Translations under genes and position numbers: made by a program
DNA from: Nematostella vectensis
Taxonomy: Eukaryota
DNA: 64,000 bases
NCBI RefSeq assembly: GCF_932526225.1
Contig: NC_064037.1
Coordinates: forward strand, 3,248,996-3,312,995
Reading direction: 5' to 3'
The notes under the pieces: model-generated
What the model was told of the DNA's origin: nothing
The model's input: only the letters and a program-made list of their open reading frames with translations
The model's database searches: none
Part shown: positions 1-14,943 of the stretch, one piece after another
Position numbering within the stretch: the stretch's first letter is position 1
How the letters are laid out: each line of letters starts with the position of its first letter

Positions 1-3000
1 GGGGGACAAAGGAGGCTCTGAAATCTGATTTTCCTATACCACCAAAAGTTGAGCAGAAGCATAATTTCTTTCTTATTCCAGAGTTGGTAAAAAATAAATA
101 CACCCGAAAAAAATATATCATGGAAAGTTTTCAACGAAAACAGATACTAAGAACGAAAAACTCAATTCACCCAAAAATACATCGAACGCTATATCGTCAT
201 CTTTATATCTAAGTTACCTTTTGGAGATATTGACCCATGAGTAGGTTGGGTGTGGTTATCAGAACATATAGTGATTGTGGTGATATGGACAAAAACTCGA
301 TGCTATAACTTGATCCAATCATGGAGGATGAATAATCTCGCATTATCTTCATTGATAGTAATAGGATTGGATTATCCTAAGGTAATACCGATCGTATTAT
401 ACCCACACGAAGCCCTGAATAAATCCAAATGATTTGACAAAATATTAATTTAATAAGTAGTATTACAAGTTTTCTCTTTCAAACATGGTCTTTCTCAACC
501 TTCAATTTTCATTTTAGTAGCAAACATGTAATTGATGAGACATTGAACCGTGCAATTTTTCGTTCCAAGCGTTTAGCCCAAGCTCTCGTCACGACCTCCT
601 TCTCACTAATGCGTCTGCGGTCTGTTGGTCAGCTGTCTTGAAATATGTCACTCTCGATATCTCCTGGCTGTTTATTGGCTGAGCGCACCACAGGGCACCC
701 CATGAGTCCAGTTTCGCAATACTGGGCTGCAGCAGCGCAAAGGTTACGCACTCTTCTCGCCTAAACATCAACAACACAAACTGGCTTAAATAAGTCGTGG
801 TAGCGTTCATGCTTTTTTATTCATCTGGGGTCCATCCTGTCCCGGGGGTGGGGGGGGGGGGGGGGTCTTCCCATGTCGACCTAGGGTCAAAATCGGGCCT
901 CAGGTATTTTTTAGAGGGTATCCAAGAAAAAATTGGCTTTTCTCTTAGAAATGGTACTTTTTAGGGCTTACGAGGTATTTTTAGGGTAGCAATTTTGGGT
1001 CGTGCAGGTATTTTTTAGGGTTATTTTTCGAATTTCCCGGGCAGACTCTGCCTCGAAGAAGTTTTATTAAAAACGGCAGCGTCGAATTCCAGTTATTGGT
1101 ATATTGTATTCATTCTTCTGGTTCACGAGCACGACTATTTGGGCTTGTTGTAGCTTTCAACGGGAAACAGATAATAGATTTCATGGTCATACCTATATGA
1201 CTTATAGGGTATAAATAAATAAGCTACATGCGGCTGGACGAGGAATGAATTGTAAACTGGATGGGTTAATATGGGTGTGGTTACAAAAGGGAAATATAAA
1301 TATAATAAATATAAGATCCTGTGACAGAAATAGTAAAAAACTGCATGCGACCGGGAGAGGGATGAAAACTGCGTGGGTTTATATGGGTGTGGTTACAAAA
1401 GGGAGATGTACGACTAGACAAAGTTCTGTGTTACCAGGGTATTGCTGGTGACAGACAGCTCTGATCGCTGGCCAAGCATACCGCAGGTGCAAAGCTCGGG
1501 TTTATTAGAAACCTAGTAAGCCACACCTGTTATGTCTTTCTTTCAACTTTTTCGACGAAAATCTTGTGAAAATTGGAAATAACCATTTAAAAAAGTTTCA
1601 TACTTCATTTACTAGATAAACTCTAAATTATTGTAATAGCTCCCTCAAATCAGCCGATGAAAATGGGTTATTTCCCACACTTGGTATTTTGCTAGGATGT
1701 GAAAATGGCGGCTTATTCATCAGTCTCTTTTAAAATGTTTTATACCCTACAACGGCTGCGCCTTGCCTTTCCACATGACGCGCTCTCATTTGAGCCCTTC
1801 TATATAACCAATGACCGAATGTCTGAAAAATGCTCTACCTCTCACCTGTACAGTTTCTGTGCGTTTGCCAATATTTCCTCCGCCGGTAGCTGTAAAACCT
1901 TCCGTCGTGGATAAGACAAGAAGAAACACAAGAGCGCACGCAACTGAGATCTTCATATTGTGCTAGGTGTATTCCTGACTTGCTGAATGCTAACTGTGAC
2001 TAAAGCGAGCTACACGATGTCTTTTTATATCTCCAAGAAGCTTTGTAATCGTACGTTTGCCTATCGTGTTCAAGTGAGATACACCACTCACTTGTGGGAT
2101 TTCCAAAAGTCTTGCACAGTCCTCTAGAACATGATAAACTGAGATAATTGTCTTAGTCGGGTTCATCCTAAGCCATCATGATCGAAACGCAATTTACGTT
2201 TGAGTTATTTTTAAACGAATTAATTTGAGCTTTAATAAAAGGCGGGATCCGGAATTAAACATCAATGAATAGGAATTGAATTCTGGAGTCTTAGATAAAC
2301 GCCTTTACGAAAACCCGAACATTCTATAATTGAACATGAGCGAGCCTGTGACTCATCCTCTACGGAACCGTTTATCGACATGGCTGTTCTAACATAAGAA
2401 AGATATAAAGATATTGTACACTGTTTTTGTTATATAAGAACCTTTTTATAAGAACGTCCAGCCTGAGATGTCACCAAGTTTTAAGAACATTCTAAGAACG
2501 TGTCGAGGCTCAGATAGCAGCAAAATATTGTTTTGTTAGTGGGATGTGTTCTGAAATGCAGAATCAAATTGTGTTAAAAATAACAACCTTAGAAATTATA
2601 TTATTGCTATTAAACATTTTTTCAATTCCCTTTCTAATAATTCATTGGGTATTTTTATTTTATATACATTTAAATTAAAGAGCCGTTAAGAGAATTTTTA
2701 GCCTTAAAATGCTAAAAAACAACCTCTACTGAAATTTAGACGGTTTTTTCTAGTTTTCTTTTTAGTCTAACGTTTCTCAAGCGCAAGTCATTTATTTTTT
2801 ATTTTTTAGCATTTCCATTATAAACACACAAACAACAATTTATTAATACAGCATCATCGAAAACTTGGAAATTAGTTTATTTTTTGTTCGTGATACGAAC
2901 GTGACAGTGGAGTTTGCATAGAAATGTGCCCAACATCGCCTTGTATACCAATTAAAACACAGACACAGATCTTGGAGTTCCTGGTGTGTATGAGATGGTC

Positions 3001-3654
3001 TTGTCGACTTCCTTTGAACCCTAAAAATTAAAGTTTCCACGGGATTTCACGTATTTATTTATATTTTGATCCTCGACCCCAAAGTATTAGCGATTTTTCT
3101 TGGTCGAGTCATCGGGATGTGCACTGGTACATTCCTGTAGGTTCTGTCACGTTTTAGTGCGTTTTTAGCCCAGTGATCAGGGACACTCGGATGTGGTGAC
3201 CTAAGCTTCAACGTGGTACGATTATAAAAAGCATCAAATAACCAAAAATTTGGCATTAGAGGAATTTAAGGTATAATACCAGAAGTGGATTTGCTGACGA
3301 CATTATTACTCATCTCCGCCGCTCCCGATTAGACTCTTCCGCCTTCCCTTCACCCACCTCCCCCTTCTCTCTCTTGGCTGACGTATGATCGTTATTGCTA
3401 ACAAGCTATTAAGTTATATGGCATGACTATAAAAAATTACAGGCAAGTTGTAGTGGTCTGCATAGGCTTGATATAGTCAGGGCAATAAAATAAAAAAATC
3501 TTTTCCACGCCTCTGTGAGACTAGTTTCGCTGACCGAGCGTTAGCTCTTTGTTTAAGCAAAACTAAGCTTTTGTAAGAATTTTGTAGATTAACAATACTG
3601 TATGTGCGAGAATTTCTACAAACAGGCGGAGCTTTTATTTTTCTCGCTTTTTAA

Positions 3655-3950
3655 AACCTCGAACACCACTTTATCTTTAAACCCATTTCTTTTTTTGCCC
3701 TCTAAAACTCTAACTCCACTCTATCTTTGAATCCATTTCTTTTTTCGCCCTCTAAAACTTTAACTCCACTCTATCTTTGAACCCATTTCTTTCTGATATG
3801 TCCAATGCAAAAAGAAAAACAGGAGATGAAAACCCATTTCTTTTTTATTTTTTCGCCCTCTAAAACTCTAACTCCACTCTATCTTTGAACCCATTTCTTT
3901 CTAATATGTTCAATGCAAGAAGAAAAACACGAGATGAAAATTTTCTTAGC
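3655..3950. repeat. About 55-110-bp tandem repeats upstream of BCS1L
   Basis: Repeated ctctaaaactctaactccactctatctttgaacccatttctttttt and the duplicated segment ctgatatgtccaatgcaaaaagaaaaacaggagatgaaaa. Confidence 0.7.
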
Positions 3951-4251
3951 AAAGGAAAAAAGTGAAGTTTATTTAAGTCATTTCTGACCATACCGTTTAG
4001 CTTATTTAAAGGTCCCTATCTAAAATTGATAATAAACGAGTACAAAGGGTATTCTAGGCCAACTGGCAGACTGGTAATCATTCCCGACCTTCGGTTCTAA
4101 AGTGCTGTGCATCATGGTAACCCTGTGTGTAATGACAACCTCTGACTTTTTCGGATGCGGGCTCGTCCAAAAGCAATATGGCGGACGGGATTGAGCTTTT
4201 TCTGTAAAACCAGCAATTTCATATGTATTTTCCCCGCCTTTAGTCTAGAGA

Positions 4252-6554
<2,303 letters not shown>

Positions 6555-6601
6555 CACTCATATAATGGAAATTAAATTTGTCTGTTGTGATAGAATGAGA
6601 A

Positions 6602-6607
6602 AATAAA
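6602..6607 (+). promoter_or_regulatory. BCS1L: Polyadenylation signal AATAAA for BCS1L
   Basis: AATAAA lies 48 nt downstream of the stop codon. Confidence 0.6.
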
Positions 6608-6795
6608 CAAATACTTTGTCAAAATCTACCTTGTAATGATGCCAATTATCACCTGTGTGTCTCATTTAGCTTTAGCATTTGTGAACATGGGCTTCTACTA
6701 AAAGATTTGTATTGTTGGAGTGAATGAGATAATTTTTTTAGTTGGAAATTTTAATTTCAATTAGAAAATTACAGGTAGCTAGCAGACTTGATGTT

Positions 6796-7053
6796 TCAAA
6801 CAGCTTGGGGATAGCAAGACCCTATGTATTTTCCCCCATGAAATGTGTGAATTTTGATAATCACATCATAATCTTCCATATCCAAGTGAACGTCATGACC
6901 ACCACCAGCAAGGAAGCAGACGGTGTAGAGAGCCATCTCAAATTCTGGGCTGGTACCAATGAAGGAGCTGCCAATAGGCTTCACACCACTTTTCCAGCTG
7001 AATTGAATGGTAACCAACTGGCACTCTTTCATGGCATCTGTTGACATTCGTTT
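6796..7053 (-). CDS. ENDOU: ENDOU last coding exon (to stop)
   Basis: Minus-strand acceptor ttatgcag|AAACGA. Peptide [39 protein letters not shown]...*. The ENDOU stop (6796) is only 242 bp from the BCS1L stop (6554); the two genes are convergent. Confidence 0.85.
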   Translation of the reverse strand, partial: KRMSTDAMKECQLVTIQFSWKSGVKPIGSSFIGTSPEFEMALYTVCFLAGGGHDVHLDMEDYDVIIKIHTFHGGKYIGSCYPQAV

Positions 7054-9045
7054 CTGCATAACAGGAGTTATGTTAAAGCTCTTGTTAAAAAAGTATCATT
7101 GCTAACAGTAAAAGGCAAACAAGGCACTCTGTCATTTAAGTATTTTAATACTTCAAGGAAAATATTTTAAAAACATTTATCAAAATATTTTATCTACACA
7201 TCTGTTAAAACTTCTTTTTGACATCAATTAACCTAATTATGATTAAGTAGTATTTTTAACATCATACTTTTCTATTAAATGTCCATTCTTAAAACCCAGA
7301 TAGTGGCTTATTAGAGTTATCTAAATGCAGCATTTTAGTAAAAAACAAGTACTTGGACTTTACACTGGCTGTTTAAGCAAGGTTGGATACCTAAAAAAGG
7401 TGTACATTGTTTGATAGGAGAATTTATTAGTGGCTACAGGCCAGACAAATAGAAAATGGTTATAGCTAACTGTCCCAAATATTGCAAAAGTAAATTTAAA
7501 TAGTTTGCATAACTTACATTTCTATTTGGAAAGAATCCCTTGTAGTCCACGACTCCTGCTTTTTCCTGGAGATAAAATTGAATCCAGTTATGGAAACCAA
7601 TGACTTCTTCTTTTCCTCGAGTCTCACCTACAAATACATGCTCAAACCCAGATGAGTCCTTTACACGGCACCTGTAAGCAACAGAAAATAATATTTGACC
7701 TCCTTATAACATTCTCATCTGAGAAGACAAGAGATTTATAGTCATCAATGACGCTGAATATTATGAATCCAGTAACAGTTCCGGCAGGTGTTTGTTGAAT
7801 GTCATAACAATTGAAGGGGGATACACATTCCCAGCAACCCAGTTAGTAAAGCAGGCCATTATGCAATAAAGATGTATATATTTTCAGGTCCGTACCCAGG
7901 ATTTTTTTTGGGGGGGGGGGGGGGGGTGCATAATCCAAAGTTTAAGAATAAGTTCTCTGATAAAAATCTGACCATCCCCGAAAGAACAAAAAGGGTTTTT
8001 TATGCCTTTGCAGTCTCTCCATGGGACGTTTATTGTTGGATTTGGCTACGTACCAAAGTGATCTAGCTTATGCTTTATAGTTTTGTCTACAAATAAAACT
8101 TCCATTTGGAACCGAAAGTGGACCTTCGGCCGTTGTGGGGGGTGTGTTCACAGCCTCCTGGATACGGGCCTGATTTTGAATATAAAATATACTTATATTT
8201 AGTCATCACTCAGAGCAGAGAGCTTGATGAAGATTAGCCTTACCCTCTTGTACGTTGGTACAACTCAAACCACATCTGGTACAACTTTTTCTTGAATCCT
8301 GGCCTGTCACTAGGAACCAGGCCCTTCCCAGCAAGGAACTTATGAGCTATTTCCATGGGGCCAGTGTCATAAATTCTATCTATGAATACTCGGTTCTCAT
8401 TTATCTCCTCCTGATTGACCACTTCAGGCTTGCCAGTCTCAGAAGCATAATTGTCCAAAAGTTTGACAAAAGCTACAAGAAACAATGAATAAATCGGATA
8501 TTAAATAAAAATGAAAGGTTAGTGCGGGGCTAGTTGGGATCAAAAGGGGCACAGAGGAGATAGCAAGGGACAAAAGGGTCAGAAGGGCTAGTCGGGGGAA
8601 GAAAGAGAGCTAGTAGGGCTCAAAGAGGGCTTAGGGTCATAAATTGGCATAGGGTCACAAATTGGCTGGGTATGGGGTGGGCACAGAGTGGGCTAGATAG
8701 AAACAAAAAGTCACAAGCGGCTTATGGGAAATTAGAGAGACAGAGGCTAGTGGGGGAAAGAACACCACAAGAGGGTGTAGGGGCAAGTGGGGAAAAAAGG
8801 GCACAGGTGGCTAGTGGGGGTCAAGAGGGGGATAATGGGGGTACCTACCATCATATGTTGGCTTACGCAGTGCCTCTGGGTTGACCCAGGTGAAAAGAGG
8901 GTCGCTGGCCTGGTCAGACCTAGAGTGAAACCTAGTCTTTCCTTGAGGGTCGATAGCATAGTCAACTTCAGGGACTAACCGGTTGCTATCAGCTTTCCAC
9001 ATCTGGTCACAAACATGTGACAACTCCATGTTTGGCGAGAATGCG
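6796..9045 (-). CDS. ENDOU: Poly(U)-specific endoribonuclease (XendoU/ENDOU family); partial gene span, 3' four coding exons resolved, 5' exons not located
   Basis: Minus-strand exons give ...[19 protein letters not shown]|[14 protein letters not shown]...[18 protein letters not shown]|[51 protein letters not shown]|[47 protein letters not shown]...*. This carries the XendoU catalytic-domain signature motifs (FEHVF, GFHNW, FSW...GSSFIG.SPEFE.ALYT.CF). Phases are consistent across the four exons. Confidence 0.85.
7518..7671 (-). CDS. ENDOU: ENDOU exon (catalytic core FEHVF/GFHNW)
   Basis: Acceptor ttgcttacag|GTGCCG, donor AAT|gtaagtt. Peptide (G)[51 protein letters not shown]. Length 154 nt matches the translation. 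Confidence 0.85.
8244..8472 (-). CDS. ENDOU: ENDOU exon
   Basis: Acceptor ttcttgtag|CT, donor AGAGG|gtaagg. Peptide (A)[75 protein letters not shown]. Confidence 0.8.
8849..9045 (-). CDS. ENDOU: ENDOU exon (most 5' exon found)
   Basis: Acceptor tattttag|C, donor GATG|gtaggt. Peptide ...[66 protein letters not shown]. No upstream ATG or signal-peptide exon was found before the satellite block at 9340-10900. Confidence 0.7.
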
Positions 9046-9339
9046 CTAAAATACAAGAAAATTGGCAGAGCAAATTATTAAATGGGTGACTGAAAATGGC
9101 CAAGTTATGCTCCTGCCAATGTACATTATGCCAATACAAGAACACAAAGCAACACTTAAACAGTTTCTGTCAACCACTGTAAGCGGCTTAGGGGTCCCGT
9201 AGGTCGATTGACCCCTTGTTAGGCCGCATTGCATAACAATAGTGAGGACGGTTTTCCAACTAGAATCAACGAACGATCGATACTGCGGTATGCGAGGCTT
9301 TGATGGCAATTATTCTTTATTCGCTGATTACGTAAAAAC

Positions 9340-10900
9340 TGATTTTTTCAGACACAAAGTACCATGTTATGAAGTACAAACTTAAATATTTTATGCAATA
9401 GACAAAACCTGAAATGATTTGCGCATTCGGTAAATCGCAAGATTTTTTTTAGACACAAAGTACCATGTTATGAAGCACAAAGTTAAATATTTAATGCACA
9501 GACAAAAACTGGAATGATCTGCGCATTCGGCAAATCGCGATATTTTTTTAGACACAAAGTTGAATATTTGATGCAATAGACAAAAACTGAAATGTTTTGA
9601 AGCAAATTGTCTCATGTCGTGACGCCAAGAGTCAGATGTTGTTGGCGATTTGCATAATGTGCCATGATGCAAGCCTAAACATCCAATCGTGTGTGACAAA
9701 TAGTCACATGTCGTTGTGCAAAAAGTCCAATGTCTTAACGCAAAAAGTGCAATCTCGTGAAGCACAAAGTGCGTTTGCAAAAAGTGAATTTTTTCTACAT
9801 AGACCAGCATGCTTTGCGAATACACTAGAAACGTAATTGCAAAATCCTGAGCTTAAATTGAGATATATAAGTAAATATAAATATTAAATCAAGATTATAA
9901 GCCATAAGGCTCAGTGAAATAAATAGCATTGTTGATAAGACAAAGTAAAAAATTCAGCATTGCGACCCATTGTGAGTCGTATTATGGAATGCTGTAAATG
10001 ATTGTAAAAAAAGTTAGATATTATTAGTATTAATGCGATGAGCCGCCTAAGTTATAAACAAAGTCAAATGCCATGATTTATCGTTTGGAGGAAAGGCTTC
10101 CGATGTAGAGTTATCATTGGGGCCGTAGTCCCGCAAGGCAATCTAGAGGTACCTGCATCTGTAGAACACTGAATAAAGCTCAAGCGAGCTCTCAACCAGT
10201 TCAGCCTTTGATCCTGTATCGCTAAGGCTTCTTTTCCTAGGCCTATCCTGAAGTTCTGTTTAGTTTTTAGTCCTTGTAGGGAGCTCACAGGTCATTCGTA
10301 TAGAATCCAGTTATTTGAAAATTCTCTTCAAATTTGTGAAATGAAGTTCTAAAGCACAAAGTTAAATATTTTATGCATAGACAAAAACTGAAATTATTTG
10401 GCCATTCGACAAATCACGATATTTTTAAGACACGAAGTACCATGTTATAAAGCACAAAGTTAAATATTTTATGCAATAGACAAAACCTGAAATGATTTGC
10501 GCATTCGGTAAATCGCGAGATTTTTTTAAGACACAAAGTACCATGTTATGAAGCACAAAGTTAAATATTTTATGCAATAGACAAAACCTGAAATGATTTG
10601 TGCATTCGGCAAATCGCGAGATTTTTTAAGACACAAAGTCCCATGTTATGAAGCACAAAGTTAAATATTTAATGCACAGACAAAAACTGGAATGATCTGC
10701 GCATTCGGCAAATCGCGAGATTTTTTTAGACACAAAGTTGAATATTATATGCAATAGACAAAACCTGAAATGATTTGCGCATTCGGCAAATCGCGAGATT
10801 TTTTAAGACACAAAGTCCCATGTTATAAAGCACAAAGTCAAATATTTTATGCAATAGACAAATAGTGCTATGCCATAAGCAAAGGCAAAATGATGAGTTT
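9340..10900. repeat. Satellite-like tandem repeat (unit about 100-118 bp) in two blocks, 9340-9600 and 10330-10900, upstream of / within the 5' part of ENDOU
   Basis: Unit ...gacacaaagtaccatgttatgaagcacaaagttaaatattttatgcaatagacaaaacctgaaatgatttgcgcattcggcaaatcgcgagattttttaa. Confidence 0.8.
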
Positions 10901-12214
10901 TTAAGACACAAAGTGCGATGTTTTGAGACACAAAGTGCGATATGGTGAACTAAACCTGCAATGTTTTAAGCGATAATCAAATAGTGCTTTGTCGTGACAC
11001 TCAAAGTGAGTTGTCGTGACACAAATTGTTCAAAGTCGTGACCGAAAGGTGAGATGTTGTTAACGAAAACCTTAAGTGGCCCTCATGGGCTTCTGTACCT
11101 CTGTCCTCTGTTGATTGACGATGCGATATGAGCAAAAAAAAAATTAACTAAGGGTAATTATTTACAACCACTGTATTTTGTCCTCCTAGCAAAGTGTAAA
11201 AAATCATCCATTTCCATTGGCTGATTTGCGTGGTGGTACTAACAATCACAATCTATATAACGCCTATGCAGACCCAGCTATACTTGATAGATACGTTACG
11301 AGAACTTGATCAACTGATTTATTAAAAGTTTTGCTATAACGGTTGGTTCATTCCATACGTTTGTTGTGAAATAAGTTAAGTATAAGTAGTTTTTTCTCGC
11401 GTCTATGATATGATTTACAACATTAACGATCAAATATTCCATGGTGACAAAAGCTAAAAGACAATTCTTTTTCTATGAAAAGCATTACGTTAATTGATAG
11501 ATCAAGAATTTTTTTGTAAGAGCATGACTTTTTAACTTCTTGACTTTCTTATTTTAATCAGTTTTATCCGTAATATACATCGTTCTATTCGTAACATCGT
11601 TTTGGGAAGGAACGTTTACCGTAGCTACAGATTTTGAATGAAAGAAGACATGTTGCTAGTAGCAGGAAATTTAGTTAGGCTCCATTACTTACTTTCTCTC
11701 CATAATCCTGAATGATCACCTCTGTTCAAACGCTTCGGGAAAGTTCGAGGCCGGCATATAAGGAAATGCAAGCTGGCGAGTCCTACTCAGTGAACCGAAG
11801 CCATGTTATATGTTATTTCCACGAGCCCCTCGACCCAGACTCCTGTACACAGGATACCCGTAAGAACTGGGTACTTTAGTAGTGGTTCACCAAGGAGGGT
11901 TGAATCCTTGGTGGTTTACGTTACGTTGTGTGTGTCATGATTTACATTGAAAATATGAAATTGAAATAAGCCGTTCACTTTACTACGAAAGAAAATCGTA
12001 AAGCTCTAAAAAATATTCTGACCTAATATGGTCTAGGTGAAGTTTCAAGCCATTAGAGCCGGCATTCCGAGAGTTCTTCTGTTCCCCCTTGTACATATAA
12101 GAGAGAAAGGTAGCACGCGCTGCCGTTAAAACTGAAGAAGTTCCCTTCTAGCTCGCTCGGAATTCAATTTAGGGTTTGGACTTAGCAGGGGGCGTAAATT
12201 CGGGGATGGATCTT

Positions 12215-12320
12215 TGCCCGCATGCTCGCGCAATTTTTTCCGCCGTGCTCACATGCTCGCGCAATTTTTTCCGCCGTGCTCGCATGCTCGCGCAGCTTTC
12301 TCCGCCTAAAAATGCTCGGT
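12215..12320. repeat. About 31-bp tandem repeat x3
   Basis: Unit ccgccgtgctc(a/g)catgctcgcgcaatttttt. Confidence 0.7.
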
Positions 12321-13131
12321 CTCGCATAAAAAACGGGGTTCTCGCCGCAAAAGACCATTGGGGGGCCCTAAGGGAAAGTCTATTTATTATCCAAAGGGGG
12401 AGGCGTGAGATTTTTTATAAAAGGGATAAAATTAGTTGACCCAGGAAGAACAAAATTTTCCATGCCCCCCCTTACGCTTCCCCCATATTTTTGGTGCCCC
12501 CCCTCCCGAAAATCGAAGAAAGAAGGAGCAAAGAAAGGAACGGCAATGACAATGTTAAAGGAACGCGATGAAGAGATTAGCTGCAAGCTGGACAGAGAGT
12601 GGAGGGGAAAAAATTGGCTGAAAACATTTATTCAGAAAAATTGAAGGCACTCAATTTCTTAAAGATGCGACTAACTCCAGGTTGCAACCTGATAATGGTT
12701 GATGCTATAGATGACGTAAAAGAAGGCTTTTCGATCTTCTCCTTGCAAGAAAAGCGCAGCATGAAAAAAGAGAAAAGAAAAAGAGCGAGGAAGACAGATA
12801 AAAAGATATGAACGAGGATTTTGATGATGGAGAATAGGCGCTTATAGCATTAAACTGTTAAAATGTTTTGTTTATATTTTAGATATTGAACATAAGCACT
12901 TTATAATATTATATAGCGGAAACCATAAAAAGATGTATTTAGGGTGTATACAGGTTTGCATTGCATAGATAAAATGTGGCTTAATACGTATCCTGGACCT
13001 GGATTGTGCATGCCAAATAACTGCCCCCAAACCGAGACAAGTCTGATTAGACACTCCGTCAAATCTTATAGAAGGAACAGCACCCAAAGGAATCAGTGAC
13101 CCCCCTTTTTAAATCCAAACACTTTGACACC

Positions 13132-13162
<31 letters not shown>

Positions 13163-14221
13163 ACTTTAGACCTGAAAAATTTATCGAGGCCCCCAACAGT
13201 ATACCCCCTCCTCGGGATAATAAATGGACTTTCCCTAAACAATCAGATTTGCGAGCAATGGTGAGTAGCGGTCAAAAATCTTGATACCAAGGAAGGAATT
13301 CTATGCATATTTCTTTATTGTTTTAGTTAACTTTTTTAACATTATAGAATATAGAATATGTAACGCCTGAATATTTCAATTAAATGTAAAATGAGGACAT
13401 GAACTTTCATTAGATCGCGCACATTTCTGCATAGTTCAGTTTACTTTTCTTTTCATGTTCCAGAGCACTAGTTCGCTAGATAGCGGTGCTGGAGCCAAAA
13501 TCTCCAGCCTAGCCGTAAAGCTTTATTATGCTGCCATACGGTGATTCAGCGTATGTCTGGAGGTATGGTTTATTTTTTTTCTTTTGTATCATCAGATCTG
13601 AGGAGGTTCGATCCTCGGGCAATTGGCTCTGCCTTTTTTCTATGTCTTATCACCTCTTACGCCCACCACTACGCGACTGGTTAATTCTTTTGAAGCAATG
13701 CGTGTTTTTAAAGCAATCAAAACAATCCTTAGTTTCACCTGAAATCATTGAACCTGCCACTGGCGCCCTCCCCTCCCCTTCTCTTGAAAATGTACATATG
13801 ATAATCTTATAGTCTATGAGAAAGTCTGTTGGGATAAACTGACATACATGTGCAGGAGATATTTGGTAATCTATGGAGCAGTCATTATTTATCGGGAGTG
13901 AGGGCTACTAAGTTGATTTGTTTTTCGGTTCAGATATTTCGACCGTCCCCTAATCTATAGTACAAAAAATCCCCCCGAAAGGAGTACCCACAGGACAAAA
14001 AAATTCAATCCCAAAAAATTCAGGACAAAAAAATTAAATGGTTACATATGTAACAATTCAGAGATATTTGTTAGTTTGTTGAAATTATATTTAGTCGTGA
14101 AATGCCCTTCAAAAGTACCGTACATTCCTTCAGGAGCATCAACATTTTAAAAACTATATGAGCACTCTTGCAACGGGACAAAAAAAAAAAGTAAAAAGTA
14201 AAGAAAAGTCAACCGGGATAT

Positions 14222-14310
14222 GGTCGCTGTTTTCAGCATCATTAATGGGTACGGAGGGGGTACGGAGGGGGTACGGAGGGGGGTACGGAGGGGGTACGGT
14301 GGGGGTACGG
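14222..14310. repeat. 11-mer microsatellite (GGGGGTACGGA)n x about 7
   Basis: Directly visible in the sequence. Confidence 0.9.
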
Positions 14311-14793
14311 AGGGGGAGTAGGGTCGGCAGAGCCTATAGTCACCATAGTCAGGAGCAGTGTTAATTTCAACCCATATTTCAGGCGTGTAAAGAGCATTTT
14401 TTAAAAAGGTGGAGAGGGTGCAGGGGAATGCTCCCCCGTAAAAAATGTCTTGTCAACGCCAGTCAAATGAAATTCATGAAAGTGATAAGAAGACGGATTA
14501 CATTTGTGTTCTTAATATGGAAGGTTCCAGAATTCTAGACGATCAGAATATCTGTTAAAAACATAAGACCCTCCCTCTAAACCCTGGATTAAAATTTGAG
14601 GTCCTCCATCCCCCCCCCTCCTAAAAAAGGAAACATGGTAGCCCTCCCCCTCCCCCCCGCTAAATATTGATTCTCCCTAAGTCTTCATTCGTGAAGCTCG
14701 TGAATAAACGGAATAAGATCAGGGATTTTTCTGACTTAAAAGCAACATGCAAGCAGTATCACCATTGCTGTCAAATGAGTCTGAGCACGAAAG

Positions 14794-14943
14794 CTTCCTG
14801 GCGCTGTTTGCATACCATGTTGGGAATTGCTTCAGACTGTTGGCTTCCTGGCGCTGTTTGCATACCATGTTGGGAATTGCTTTAGACTGTTGGCTTCCTG
14901 GCGCTGTTTGCATACCATGTTGGGAATTGCTTCAGACTGTTGG
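14794..14943. repeat. 50-bp tandem repeat x3
   Basis: Unit cttcctggcgctgtttgcataccatgttgggaattgcttcagactgttgg. Confidence 0.85.

Noticed and set aside
11215-11275. CCAAT (inverted) plus TATATAA pair resembling a promoter
   Set aside because: No downstream exon or ORF with coding features could be linked to it.
12360-12560. Odd G/C-homopolymer-punctuated segment and small ORFs 12176-12811
   Set aside because: There is no homology or splice structure; it is probably low-complexity or low-quality sequence.
13596-13620. tRNA B-box-like GGTTCGATCC, possibly a SINE or tRNA
   Set aside because: No matching A-box, acceptor stem or cloverleaf could be built from the flanks.
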